From a virus: a stretch of 64,000 nt of DNA. A program made the translations under genes and the position numbers. The first letter of the stretch is position 1. Every line of letters begins with the position of its first letter. Below are positions 9,094 to 18,737 of this stretch, piece after piece. The notes beneath the pieces are model-generated. The model worked only from the letters and a program-made list of their open reading frames with translations, was not told the DNA's origin and made no database searches. Where the stretch lies: positions 3,503 to 67,502 of the IMG/VR virus record IMGVR_UViG_3300031949_000025. The stretch is one strand, 5' to 3'.

Positions 9094-10236
9094 TTAGCTG
9101 TAAGCCTCACTGAGGCCCTGGAGGTAGAGCATGCTCTTGGGGTTCACGACCGACATGGTGTAGGCCCCGAACAAGTTCTTTTGGGTAGCCAACTTGGAGA
9201 TTGGCTTCTCTTCCTGTTTCCACTCCATGCCCTGAACGGCGTGAATCTTGATGTCGGGCAGGCGCAGGAAGTAGAGGTATCCGGTCTGCACGTCAGGGTC
9301 GGCAACCAGTTCGATGTCGCCGTAGGGGGTGTGAATGGTGTCGATGTTGATGCCGGCCACTCGGTCGCTGCCATTCCGATTGAAGGAGTTCAGCGCAGCG
9401 TAGACCTTGGCGACGGCCTGCTTCATGGGGTAGGTGCACATGATGGTGGTGGGCATGAGCCGGTTGCCCGCAGCGGTTATGATGTCCTCGAAAGCGGTGT
9501 TGATAAACAACTCCGACACGGGGTCACTGGAGTAGGCGGTGTCACTGTTGCCCCTGGAAACGAAGGTCTTGAGTCCACCCATGACACCGGAGACAGAACC
9601 GGATGTAAACTGAGCCCGGACGCCACGGTAGATTTGCTTGTTCAGGTCGGCGCGGCAGCTAACGAGGGCGTCAATGATCATGTCCTGCAACTTGGTCGTT
9701 CCGCCGTAGTTATCCATAGCCTGCGCTACGTAGGTTTCCTCGTAGGAGTAGAGGAAGGTCTGAATCCAGTTGTAGTAGGCCGTGGCATCCAGGTAGCCAC
9801 GAGCAGTGATGGTAGCGGTTTCATCCTGGGCATTGGTAATCTTCTCCCAGGCAACACCTGTAAGGTGCTCCACATCAGACGACCCCATGACGCCTCGACG
9901 TATGGTGAGGGAGTCGGTCGATACAGCCGTAACCTGGATGTACTCGCTCTCAACCAAGATGATGTCACCAACACCCAAGCTGTTTCCCTCGCCGGATGCT
10001 ACCGACTCAGTGGTGGACGCTGCCTCCCAGGTACCAGAGATGGTGCCGGAGCGAAGATGGACGTTCTTCTGCATCCATTCGAGCTTGCCCGAAATACCCG
10101 TTACCGGCTCGCCCTGACTAAGCAGGTTCAAGAGAACATGCATCTTGGGGTCGAGCGTGGGAAACACATCAAGCACTTGACGCCGCATCGGGTCGGTATC
10201 GCCAAGGCTCGTTAGAGTCCCATAGTCACCAGCCAT
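9094..10236 (-). CDS. major capsid protein (by position and size)
   Basis: 380-aa ORF immediately after the scaffold-like gene, bracketed by hairpins. Order is portal...scaffold-capsid. No search was run. Confidence 0.8.
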   Translation of the reverse strand: MAGDYGTLTSLGDTDPMRRQVLDVFPTLDPKMHVLLNLLSQGEPVTGISGKLEWMQKNVHLRSGTISGTWEAASTTESVASGEGNSLGVGDIILVESEYIQVTAVSTDSLTIRRGVMGSSDVEHLTGVAWEKITNAQDETATITARGYLDATAYYNWIQTFLYSYEETYVAQAMDNYGGTTKLQDMIIDALVSCRADLNKQIYRGVRAQFTSGSVSGVMGGLKTFVSRGNSDTAYSSDPVSELFINTAFEDIITAAGNRLMPTTIMCTYPMKQAVAKVYAALNSFNRNGSDRVAGINIDTIHTPYGDIELVADPDVQTGYLYFLRLPDIKIHAVQGMEWKQEEKPISKLATQKNLFGAYTMSVVNPKSMLYLQGLSEAYS

Positions 10237-10267
10237 TGTTTAATTCCTCCGCGCCCTTAAAGGGCGA

Positions 10268-11200
10268 CTATTTTTTCTTTCTGAGTTGTTGGAGTTGCTT
10301 GTAGTCGGGGTCATTCAGCAACCCGTGAGGGTCGCCAGGGTGTCTTGCCTGGATTTCCTCCAGAGAGATACCACCGCCCCCACCACCTGTTGATGTTGAC
10401 ACAGCCCTGGCCTCGGCCAGTTCTGCGACGTGGGCTTTTGTCTTTTCCTCAAACTCCTTGCCCAGGTTGTCAATCTTGTCCTTGAGTTCCTTTAATTGGG
10501 AGTCATAGGACTGCTTGACCGCATTGACGTGGAGCTTTGGAAGTTCCTTACGTGCGCTTACCCGCAGGCGCTCCAAACCCTTTTCCACCACATCCGCCTG
10601 CTCTTTCGGGGACATTTGCTGCATCTTCTCGGTGCTGGGCAAGTCAAGAGCTATGTCCAGATTCGGGATAGCGGCGGTAAGGGCGACCAGTATATGGTCG
10701 GGGCGTTCGGCCAAGAGTGCGGCCTTTAGGTCGGTCGGGTCTTTCAGGACGCCTAATGCCAACACATCGTCGGCAATGTCCTTAATCTCGCTGCCAATTT
10801 GGGAACCAAGAGACTGTAATCGAGTCTCCTGAATGTCCCGCTCAACAGCGGATCGAGTCCGGCTCTGAACCTCGGCGGTATACGCCTCTTTGTCCTCGTC
10901 CGTCATTATGGATTCGAGGTACTTCTGTTGGGCCTCTAGTCGGGCCTCAAACCCTTGGCGGGCTTTCCGCTCTTCGGCTCTGCCTTGTTCGGCTCGGGTG
11001 GTTCTGGCCTGGAAGTCCTTGATTCGCGATTCCCAGTCAACTTCTTTGACGAGGGGCGTATCAGACTCCGCTTTGGTTTCGCCTGGGGTTACTTCGGGGG
11101 CGTTCTCCGTCTGCTCAGGGGCCTCAACCGCTGATTCCATAATGGGGGCGGCTTCTGGCTGGGTCTGCTCGGACGTACCCGCTGTGTCCTCGATTGTCAC
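10268..11200 (-). CDS. scaffolding protein
   Basis: Acidic Glu/Lys/Ala-rich coiled-coil-like protein with a basic tail (QLQQLRKKK), upstream of the capsid gene. Start placed at GTG 11200 (GGAGG 5 nt upstream), because the track start 11233 lies inside a terminator hairpin. Confidence 0.7.
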   Translation of the reverse strand: MTIEDTAGTSEQTQPEAAPIMESAVEAPEQTENAPEVTPGETKAESDTPLVKEVDWESRIKDFQARTTRAEQGRAEERKARQGFEARLEAQQKYLESIMTDEDKEAYTAEVQSRTRSAVERDIQETRLQSLGSQIGSEIKDIADDVLALGVLKDPTDLKAALLAERPDHILVALTAAIPNLDIALDLPSTEKMQQMSPKEQADVVEKGLERLRVSARKELPKLHVNAVKQSYDSQLKELKDKIDNLGKEFEEKTKAHVAELAEARAVSTSTGGGGGGISLEEIQARHPGDPHGLLNDPDYKQLQQLRKKK

Positions 11201-11227
11201 GTATTCCTCCTGCTTAAAATAGAAAAA

Positions 11228-11252
11228 GGCCACGGAAAATATCTCCGTGACC
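11228..11252 (-). terminator. intrinsic terminator/attenuator, homologous to the one at 22682-22709
   Basis: Minus strand reads GGTCACGGA-gatattt-TCCGTGGCC followed by TTTTTCTATTTT. Confidence 0.55.
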
Positions 11253-11301
11253 TTGCTTCGTCACTTTCTCTGCTATTCGATTGTTAAGGTTATCTATCTA
11301 C

Positions 11302-11329
11302 AGTGTAACATATACACAGTAAACGTCTA
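11302..11329 (-). promoter_or_regulatory. possible promoter ahead of the scaffold-capsid module
   Basis: Minus strand reads TAGACG, 16 nt, TGtTACACT. Weaker match than the other promoters. Confidence 0.3.
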
Positions 11330-11346
11330 GGGTAAACGTGCGGAGA

Positions 11347-14300
11347 CTACTTCATCGCCAGCACTTCTTTTTTCGCCCTCTCGCGGCCATAACCTAGAAC
11401 GGTGGAGATCAACTTTTTCCTTATCTCCGGTGTCCCCTTACTCCAGTAGGGGCTATTAAACGCCTTCGTCAATTCATCCTTGCCATATTGCCAAGCTAGA
11501 CGTTCATACTCAGCCCTTTGCTGGAGCGTCAGGGGCTTTTTGTTAATCTCGTCACTCACCACTGGCGCATTCATACCCAACTCTACTACTTCCGGTATCT
11601 TGGCCCAGTCTGCCTTCACAGCGTCAACCGAGTCAGTGAAGGTTTTGTAATCCTTTGGCTCCAGATACTTTCTGAGGTTCATCGGGATGCCAGTGTCACC
11701 AGGGTCAAGTAGCGCCTTGACCTCTGGCGAGGACTCCAACTGGAGACGCTGGACTGGCGGGAGGTCTTGCCACTTCTGAATCTTGCCACCCGTAGCGTTC
11801 TTGGCTACAGCGTCGAACTTGTCCGAGACGGTTTGGTAGGCCCCAATAGACCCACCGAAGAAACTCACAGGAGCGGAAATGGCGGCTCCAACAATGCCCA
11901 TCTCCTGCCATGCCTCATACATGTCCTGTGGCAGAAAAGGCACATAATCCTTGGCGATTCTCTTTAGTCGCTCTTCCCAAGTATCAATCTTGTTGCCTAG
12001 CGCATCTTCGCCTCGAAGTAGGTCTACCCCCTCACTGGCGGCGGGAGAGAGTTTCGTCCCAAAGAAGTTTTCCAACAGCACCTCAAGACGGTTAACATCT
12101 ACAATAGCGCCACCCCGTGACTTCTTCTGTCCTGTGAGCATCTGAGCCGCATATCTTATCAGTGGGGCATAGCCACCCAAGAAGTCGATACTCAGTGCTC
12201 CATACCGAATCTTCCCAAAATCAGATGAGCGTGGGTCCCATTCCACTTCTACGCCTGGAACCTGATCCATGACCGCTAAAACAGTGGCGCTACCCATTAC
12301 AAAGCCGCCTAAATCCCTACCCACCGTTGAGCGAAGGGCGGGATTCTTAAGGATTATCCTAGTAGCCAGATAGGGAACCTCAAACCGTGAAACAGCAAAC
12401 CGGGGGGCAAAAAACAAAGCGTTAAGCCACTGATTGTTTGCCTTGAGGAAGTTGCCCATGCTGCCCCGACCTGTAGTAGCATTGGCCCACTGCGCCAAGC
12501 GCTGAATATCCTCTTTGGTTTTTCCAGTTGCCTGGACAAGCTCGTCTAGGTTGCTGAACTTCCGCTGGCCCACCTCGACCGCTGCCCGCACATCATCGGG
12601 CAACCAGCCCATTACCACGTCATCTGCTCTGCCACCACGAAGTTTATTCCCAGCGACAACATAGCCACGTTCTGATTGTTTCACCCCAGGTATCAGGCCC
12701 GCCCAAGAAGTCATAAACGTTTCTTCTTGTTGTGAGAGTTTTCCCCAACGATCTAGGTATTCTAGGCCCGCCTCTTGAAGCGGCTTGTGCAAGGGCCGAG
12801 CGAAGTAAGCTCGGTCGGCAGCGATAGCGGCATCCTCAGAGCGTAGAGCTTGCAAGCTGGCCTTGGCGCTGGCCCGCCATGCCTTGTTGTCGCCCCAGAA
12901 CCCAAAGATGCCCTGCCGTAGAAGGAAAGAATCATCCCATGTTGCTTTCAAGGCACGTGGAAGACCGATGACATTCAAGAAGGTATCCCACTTGCTGGGA
13001 GGCAATAAGCTGTTGACATCCCTCAGTAGGGATTGCGCCGCTCGCATTTGGTCATACTCATCAGTGATAGATAGGAGGGCCTGAGCCCTGTCAAGAAACG
13101 ACTGAGCTAACTCTTCGGGCATCTCCACGCCAGCAGCCTTGAAACGACTCTTGGCAGTGCGAATGGCGTCCCTTTCTACATTTTTGAGTCTTGCCTTGGC
13201 AACCCGTAGTTCCTCGTCAGTCAGGTAGGCCAAATCCTTAGCTCGCTGTTTCGCCGCCGCCACTACCTTGCGATTGGCGAGCAGGGTTTCTCTGGCCTCT
13301 TTCACGGGGTCGAAGTTCTTAATTTCGTCAACCAGTGCACGGATGGCATCGGCCTGCTCCGCTTCTGGAAGACTGTTTAACGCCTTGGCTCTCTCTAGGA
13401 AATCGGTTGCCATGTCTTCGGGGAGTTCGGCTCCATGTTTGGACAAGACAGCTTTCGCCTGACCAATGGCCTTGCGGTCGGCCAGAGAAGGTGCGCCAGC
13501 GCCCGTTTTTCGGGACTGCGCGTCTATGAGGGCTTCCAGGTCATTAGCCGCTTGCCTTGCCTCTTGGCGCACCCTGGCCTCGGCATCCGCTATCGCCCTC
13601 TTACGGGCCAACTCCTTGGCTACGGGGTCATATTCCTTGATTCTGTCAGTTAGTTTAGTCAAAGCCACTGGCTGTTCCGCCTTGGGTAGTCCTCGCATAT
13701 TGCGGGCCTCGGTAAGTAATTCTTCGGCCATGCCCTGTGGCAATTCAATATCAGTGCGGCGTAGAATGTCCTTTACTCTGGCAACGGCAAGCCGGTCTAT
13801 TGAGTTCAACTGCTGAAAGACATTTCGTGCCGTGCGGTCTATCATTTGCTCCAGGTCAGCCGCTTGTTCCTTCAAGAGTCTTGGTGAAGGCTTGAGAACG
13901 CCACCCATGACATCGCCAGCCCTAACTTCGGGAAGTTGGCGCACTTCCTCTATCAAGTCCATGAGAGCTTTCGTTCGCTCTTCGCCTGCTAACCCGTCAA
14001 GGGCCGCTGCCCTATCAAGGAAAGAGTTAGCGGTTTCAATGTCCATCTCCGCTACAGACTGTTTCAGAATGGCCTTGGCCTTTATAATAGCCTGCCTGTC
14101 CGCTGGCGTTAGGCTTGCCTTGACCTCTCGAACTGAATCATCTATCAAATACTCCAAGTCCCGGGCTCGTTGATTGCCCCTGGTGGTGGGTTTACCAGCC
14201 ACGAAGTCCGGAGTGGCCGCCTCTTCAACGTCCTTAACCCTCTTTCTTGCCTGGGTTACTTTGCGTTCTGCCTCTGCCACGGCTTCACCAGCCGCTTGAG

Positions 14301-16479
14301 TCTCTTTCCTGACCATCTCTTTCTCTGCGGCCTGACGCATACGCTTCGCAACCGTGGGGCCTTGCCCCTTCTCAATTGCCTTCTTGATAATCCGGTTCAT
14401 GTAGACAAACAAGCCTTCGGGGGTGAGTTTGTCAATAGTTGACGCTAGTTGGACGGACTGAGCAGAGGAAGTCAGTCGCTCCGCTATGTGGCGGCTTAGT
14501 TCGTAAAGCTCTTTGGTGTTCTTCTCGGTGGCGGCACGACGCATAAGGACGATACCCTGAGCCATCGTGTCAACCATCGTGTCGGGGTCGAGCGGGTCAT
14601 CGGCCATCACCCTGGCCCTGGCTGCAACTGCATCCTCGTCCACAGCTTTAGCGGCGGCATCCAATGTTCTCTTGTTTGTGATGGGGCCGTAAAGAACGGG
14701 GTCTTCGTCGTAGAGTTTTCGCAACACAGGATCGCCCATTGGGGACTCGGCGGTATGGGTTGCAAATCCTCGTTCAGGCAATCCCTCATCAGGGGGCACC
14801 CCGCCAGGCACTTCTCCCGCAGGAGGCCCCGGTGGTTGACGAGGCGGCGCACCACTAATAGGTGGCTCCATACCCGCTTCCGTGCCGGGGGCAGGCGGCT
14901 CTGTACTGACTTCTGCGCCGGGCGGCGGTGGCTCTTGCACCTGTTCTCTAGCACGAAGAGCATCTTCGGATAATTGTTGCCGTCGCGCCATCTCTTCGCG
15001 GATTACTTCGTCGGAGACTTCTGCCCGAGGGGACAGTTTAATGGGTGGCACTTCGCCCTGGGGCGCTTCGGGCAACACCCCTTGCCCTGGCAACGGCTTG
15101 GCCCGTTCTCTAGCCAGCAACGTCTCTTTGTCTACCAGCCCAGGCGCTTGGCCCTCGGTGCCCCTTGCCTTGCCAAACTCTTCTAACATCCGGCCCTGAG
15201 CACCCTCTGGCCCAATTCCAGGGAGTCCAGTCTGGACACTGGTGGACGGGGCCATATCGGGAGCCATCCAATTAGTAATGGCGTCCTCTATCTGCTGAAT
15301 CTGGCCCTTGAGTTCAGAGTGTTGTTGTGTGAGGCCGGAAAGCTCGCTTCTGGCGTTCTTGGCAATTCCGGCTCGGCCACCAGTAGGACGGTAAGTGGAA
15401 AGCCAGTTTTTGTAGTCCAACTCCCCAATGGAGTCCCACCAGTCGTCTTCAAAAGGATTGCGTCCTTGACTTTGTGCCAAGTCTATTAACGACTCATCGT
15501 TTTTTCCAATGCTAAGGCGACCATACCAAGGGTCTTTAGTGCGGCTAGTAGGTTTGGCTGGCCGAACAACCTTCATCCCTTGTTTGGCGTATTCTGCCAT
15601 ACCCTCGGCTTCGTCAATCCGCCGTTCAATGTCGTCCAGTTCTTCGTAAAGCCCGAAACTACGGTTGATGCCGGCCACGGCCTCATCTTCATCGGCAAAA
15701 CGCAGGGGTTCAAACTTCTGCGGACGCTTGGCAACAAACCCCAACTGCGGACTGAACGGCCCCATCTCCTCAGCCGCCCTGACACCGGCGCGGGCACCCT
15801 TGGCTAGCTGCTCGACCCCCTCTGTTACCACCTTCCCGCCCGCCCTAGCAATAGATGGAGCAACTGAGACAGCGGGGCCACCCAAGGCCCAGGCGGAAGG
15901 GGCAAAGAGTTCAGTTAAGAGTCCCTTTATGGGAAAGTTGCGAGTGGCCGGTTCGATAGGACCAAACCCCGGGGTCTCAAAGGTTGGTTCTTGAAGGTTG
16001 CGCCAGTTCTCACGGCCTTGCTCCATTGCGACTCCGAGGTCTACACCAGATTCCTTAGCAATGCCTGGAGCCTGAATAGCCGCTGCCACGTTCTCGATGG
16101 CGGGCATGGCAATATCTTCCCATTCCTTTTGCTGGGCCTCCATCAATTCTCTGAAAGACGGAGACGGCGGCTCCCCGAATGTATCCCTCTGACCAGTTTC
16201 TAAACCAAGAGCCGCTGTCTTCTCTCCAGTCAATAACTCTTCGCCGTAAGCCCCTAAAGCATCTCCAACGTTACGCCCCACCTCACCCGCTGCGCCGCCC
16301 AACCAGTTCAGCAATTGTTGCATCGAGTCTGACTGCGCTGCTTGCCTAATGCCAGCGCCCCGCTGAGGCTCCGGTTGCGCCCACTGAGGAGTAGCTTGCT
16401 CCGGCCCAATGGCAGCGCCACCCGTAGCGTCTACAGGCCTTCGCTTCCAAAACATAGACCACGGCAAAGGGGTGCTCAT
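11347..16479 (-). CDS. giant virion-associated protein (1710 aa) with four ~100-aa repeats and a Pro-rich linker
   Basis: Single uninterrupted ORF between the NlpC/P60 protein and the scaffold gene. Internal repeats and a PPPPGAEVSTEPPAPG... tract were read from the translation. Confidence 0.9.
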   Translation of the reverse strand: MSTPLPWSMFWKRRPVDATGGAAIGPEQATPQWAQPEPQRGAGIRQAAQSDSMQQLLNWLGGAAGEVGRNVGDALGAYGEELLTGEKTAALGLETGQRDTFGEPPSPSFRELMEAQQKEWEDIAMPAIENVAAAIQAPGIAKESGVDLGVAMEQGRENWRNLQEPTFETPGFGPIEPATRNFPIKGLLTELFAPSAWALGGPAVSVAPSIARAGGKVVTEGVEQLAKGARAGVRAAEEMGPFSPQLGFVAKRPQKFEPLRFADEDEAVAGINRSFGLYEELDDIERRIDEAEGMAEYAKQGMKVVRPAKPTSRTKDPWYGRLSIGKNDESLIDLAQSQGRNPFEDDWWDSIGELDYKNWLSTYRPTGGRAGIAKNARSELSGLTQQHSELKGQIQQIEDAITNWMAPDMAPSTSVQTGLPGIGPEGAQGRMLEEFGKARGTEGQAPGLVDKETLLARERAKPLPGQGVLPEAPQGEVPPIKLSPRAEVSDEVIREEMARRQQLSEDALRAREQVQEPPPPGAEVSTEPPAPGTEAGMEPPISGAPPRQPPGPPAGEVPGGVPPDEGLPERGFATHTAESPMGDPVLRKLYDEDPVLYGPITNKRTLDAAAKAVDEDAVAARARVMADDPLDPDTMVDTMAQGIVLMRRAATEKNTKELYELSRHIAERLTSSAQSVQLASTIDKLTPEGLFVYMNRIIKKAIEKGQGPTVAKRMRQAAEKEMVRKETQAAGEAVAEAERKVTQARKRVKDVEEAATPDFVAGKPTTRGNQRARDLEYLIDDSVREVKASLTPADRQAIIKAKAILKQSVAEMDIETANSFLDRAAALDGLAGEERTKALMDLIEEVRQLPEVRAGDVMGGVLKPSPRLLKEQAADLEQMIDRTARNVFQQLNSIDRLAVARVKDILRRTDIELPQGMAEELLTEARNMRGLPKAEQPVALTKLTDRIKEYDPVAKELARKRAIADAEARVRQEARQAANDLEALIDAQSRKTGAGAPSLADRKAIGQAKAVLSKHGAELPEDMATDFLERAKALNSLPEAEQADAIRALVDEIKNFDPVKEARETLLANRKVVAAAKQRAKDLAYLTDEELRVAKARLKNVERDAIRTAKSRFKAAGVEMPEELAQSFLDRAQALLSITDEYDQMRAAQSLLRDVNSLLPPSKWDTFLNVIGLPRALKATWDDSFLLRQGIFGFWGDNKAWRASAKASLQALRSEDAAIAADRAYFARPLHKPLQEAGLEYLDRWGKLSQQEETFMTSWAGLIPGVKQSERGYVVAGNKLRGGRADDVVMGWLPDDVRAAVEVGQRKFSNLDELVQATGKTKEDIQRLAQWANATTGRGSMGNFLKANNQWLNALFFAPRFAVSRFEVPYLATRIILKNPALRSTVGRDLGGFVMGSATVLAVMDQVPGVEVEWDPRSSDFGKIRYGALSIDFLGGYAPLIRYAAQMLTGQKKSRGGAIVDVNRLEVLLENFFGTKLSPAASEGVDLLRGEDALGNKIDTWEERLKRIAKDYVPFLPQDMYEAWQEMGIVGAAISAPVSFFGGSIGAYQTVSDKFDAVAKNATGGKIQKWQDLPPVQRLQLESSPEVKALLDPGDTGIPMNLRKYLEPKDYKTFTDSVDAVKADWAKIPEVVELGMNAPVVSDEINKKPLTLQQRAEYERLAWQYGKDELTKAFNSPYWSKGTPEIRKKLISTVLGYGRERAKKEVLAMK
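12985..14170 (-). repeat. four tandem ~95-100-aa protein repeats within the giant gene
   Basis: Units begin RDLEYLIDD, ADLEQMIDR, NDLEALIDA and KDLAYLTDE. Each ends with a motif of the form L..AE....L...I....P. Confidence 0.7.
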
Positions 16480-16480
16480 G

Positions 16481-17068
16481 TTATAGTCCTAATCTCATCT
16501 GAGCAGGAATCCTACCCGCTCCTCTGCTGGCGTTACAATACCTGTGCGCCACCTGGATATTGTTGTTGAAATGCGGGCCGCCAAGTGAAAGAGGCACAAT
16601 ATGGTCAAAGGATAAATCTTGACTTGCAACCCTTTTGTGGCAGATTCCGCATATCATGCGATCGCGTATCGTAATTTGTTTGTAATCTATTCGTTCGGTA
16701 GCCACTCCCATTTTGGCGGCATGGCGACGCAAATTATATTCCTTGACTTTTTCAGGGTTGTTTCTTTGCCATGTTAAACGTCTAACACGACACTTCTCTG
16801 CGTGCGCTCTTTGCCATTTAAGATGATACGCACGCACTTTATCCTTGTGTGTTAATCCATATTCCTTCTGGTAAGCCAATTTGGCTTCCCTGTGGGAATA
16901 ATAATAGTCCTTAGCTTGTTGCAACAACCGTTCTCGGTGGTTTTCCTTATATGCCCTGTCATATGCCAACGCAGTGTCTCGATGTAATTCCCTGTAAGCC
17001 TTATCCTTTTCCCTGTTCCTATGGTCGCGTTGCCATTGAGCAGCCTTCTCTTTATCCTTGAATGGCAT
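16481..17068 (-). CDS. HNH endonuclease
   Basis: CGICHKRV...FDHIVPLSLGGPHFNNNIQVAHRYCNASRG. The N-terminal half has basic heptad-like Y/H repeats. Confidence 0.9.
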   Translation of the reverse strand: MPFKDKEKAAQWQRDHRNREKDKAYRELHRDTALAYDRAYKENHRERLLQQAKDYYYSHREAKLAYQKEYGLTHKDKVRAYHLKWQRAHAEKCRVRRLTWQRNNPEKVKEYNLRRHAAKMGVATERIDYKQITIRDRMICGICHKRVASQDLSFDHIVPLSLGGPHFNNNIQVAHRYCNASRGAGRIPAQMRLGL

Positions 17069-17091
17069 TAAACATCCTGCCTGGTTTTATT

Positions 17092-18735
17092 CTAGGCACC
17101 CCAGCGTCCCCTCACGGCTTGCCCCGTCGGGATGCGCCGTTTCAACGTGTCAAGAATATCCTGGAAAGGAACACCCTCAGCAGCGTAAGCGCCCCCCATT
17201 TGCTCTCTCTCCGTTGGAGTCATACTGGCAAGCGCCCCCAGGTTGGGAAGCCCCAGCGCCGGCGGGCGATACCCTGGGAGAGTGCCACCCTTGAAGGCGG
17301 CATTGAACCAAGGGGTATCTTTGACTGAGGCGGGCTGAGGTGCATTCTCTTGCCTCTTTACCGACCAGTCATTGAACTGTGTCTGGACATCTGGACTTTC
17401 CAAAGACGAACCGATCCCCGCCAGATGAGTTAGAAACTGAGACCCCAAATCTTCTGGCGCATTAGAGGTTGGAGAACCGGCGGCATTTGGCGTCAGGTTG
17501 CTATACATTCCCCTTAGCCACTCAGGGACGTTGCGCCCCGCGCCCGCAAGTGTCTGAATCCCCTCTGGTGGGGCCGAGCCCCGGGGAAAGTCACCTTGCC
17601 GCCCCCGACTGGCGTAAGAGTAGGCCGCCCAGTCAGCGGGGTTCTTCTCTAGGCCAGTAAGGTATTGCTCTTCCTGAAGGGCAACCTCTCGCTCTTTCCA
17701 TTGGTTAGCAATGTTCTTCCACTTCTCGGCAGCCTCGAAATCCCTAGCGTCGGTGGCCTGTTGCCATGAATCTTGCGCTTCTTGCCTGTAATACTGCGCC
17801 CAGCCAAGAGCATTGCTGGCTCTTTGTGCATCGGTCATGCCAGCGTCAGCTTTGGGGCTGGTTCGATATTTGAACTCTCCAGTTTCGGGGTCTTGGTAAA
17901 GTTCTAGTCCTGACGGCGTGGAACCATAGGGAGTGCGCCCCGTTCGGCTCACTTCCCACATCGAATCAGGGCTTGATTTGCCTAACAACTTCTGCTGGCC
18001 TGGCCTGGCTTCTAGATCGCCCATAGCATTCCGTGAGTAGGTAACAGGAAACGAATACAAATCACCAGTCCGGTCATTATGGGCCAACCATGTCCCTGGA
18101 CTGGCGGTAGGCATGTAACTATAGCCGTCCGTAGTGGGAAAGGGTATAGGCCCGTGATATTGCTGGTCAGGCGCTCCACCTGGTGAAGAGGTGGTATCTC
18201 CCCCGTAACTCCACCCTGGAGGAGCGGGGCTAGTCTCAAAGTCCTCTCCAAAAGCTCCCCCAAAATCGTTACCCGTATAGTCGTCTTCAGTGGCATAAGA
18301 GGCCAGCCCAGGAGCACGGCGATTGCCCCCTTGTGGAATGTATTCAATGAGTCGCTGCCCCGTCTGATTCATCCAGTCAGTAAGAGATGATGTCTGGACT
18401 CCGCTGGGGCCAGGGTTGATAAACATGCCATTGCCGGCGTAGATACCGGCGTGACCATAACCTTCGTTCCCCGCATTGGGCGTGAAGTAAATGGTGTCCC
18501 CAGGTTGCATGTTGGCCCAATCGGTGCTTCCCTCTATGGCGTTGGAGGCGGCAATGGCGGAAGGATACTGACCCGAGGTGCCGGCAACGTTTTCTACAAA
18601 CCTCTGGCAAAGGCCAATAAAACCCCGTGGATTATCTCGCATCAGTTGCTTGGCAACCGCCAGCCGTTGCGGGTCGGCCCCCGCCTGGAGCGCCGCTTGT
18701 TCGGCCTGGTTTACCTGTTGCTGTAAAGCCGCCAT
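17092..18735 (-). CDS. virion protein with N-terminal NlpC/P60-type cysteine peptidase domain
   Basis: GLCQRF...GDTIYF...GHAGIYAGNGMFIN (Cys/His pattern). The remainder is Pro/Gly/Tyr/Trp-rich. Confidence 0.8.
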   Translation of the reverse strand: MAALQQQVNQAEQAALQAGADPQRLAVAKQLMRDNPRGFIGLCQRFVENVAGTSGQYPSAIAASNAIEGSTDWANMQPGDTIYFTPNAGNEGYGHAGIYAGNGMFINPGPSGVQTSSLTDWMNQTGQRLIEYIPQGGNRRAPGLASYATEDDYTGNDFGGAFGEDFETSPAPPGWSYGGDTTSSPGGAPDQQYHGPIPFPTTDGYSYMPTASPGTWLAHNDRTGDLYSFPVTYSRNAMGDLEARPGQQKLLGKSSPDSMWEVSRTGRTPYGSTPSGLELYQDPETGEFKYRTSPKADAGMTDAQRASNALGWAQYYRQEAQDSWQQATDARDFEAAEKWKNIANQWKEREVALQEEQYLTGLEKNPADWAAYSYASRGRQGDFPRGSAPPEGIQTLAGAGRNVPEWLRGMYSNLTPNAAGSPTSNAPEDLGSQFLTHLAGIGSSLESPDVQTQFNDWSVKRQENAPQPASVKDTPWFNAAFKGGTLPGYRPPALGLPNLGALASMTPTEREQMGGAYAAEGVPFQDILDTLKRRIPTGQAVRGRWGA

Positions 18736-18737
18736 AT

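Noticed and set aside
8944-10215. 423-aa plus-strand ORF, and similar long antisense ORFs (563..1402, 19048..19812, 13466..14173)
   Set aside because: They lie antisense to well-supported structural genes. Their composition is Arg/Gly/Val/Leu-rich, typical of shadow ORFs in GC3-rich genes, and they have no RBS or motif.
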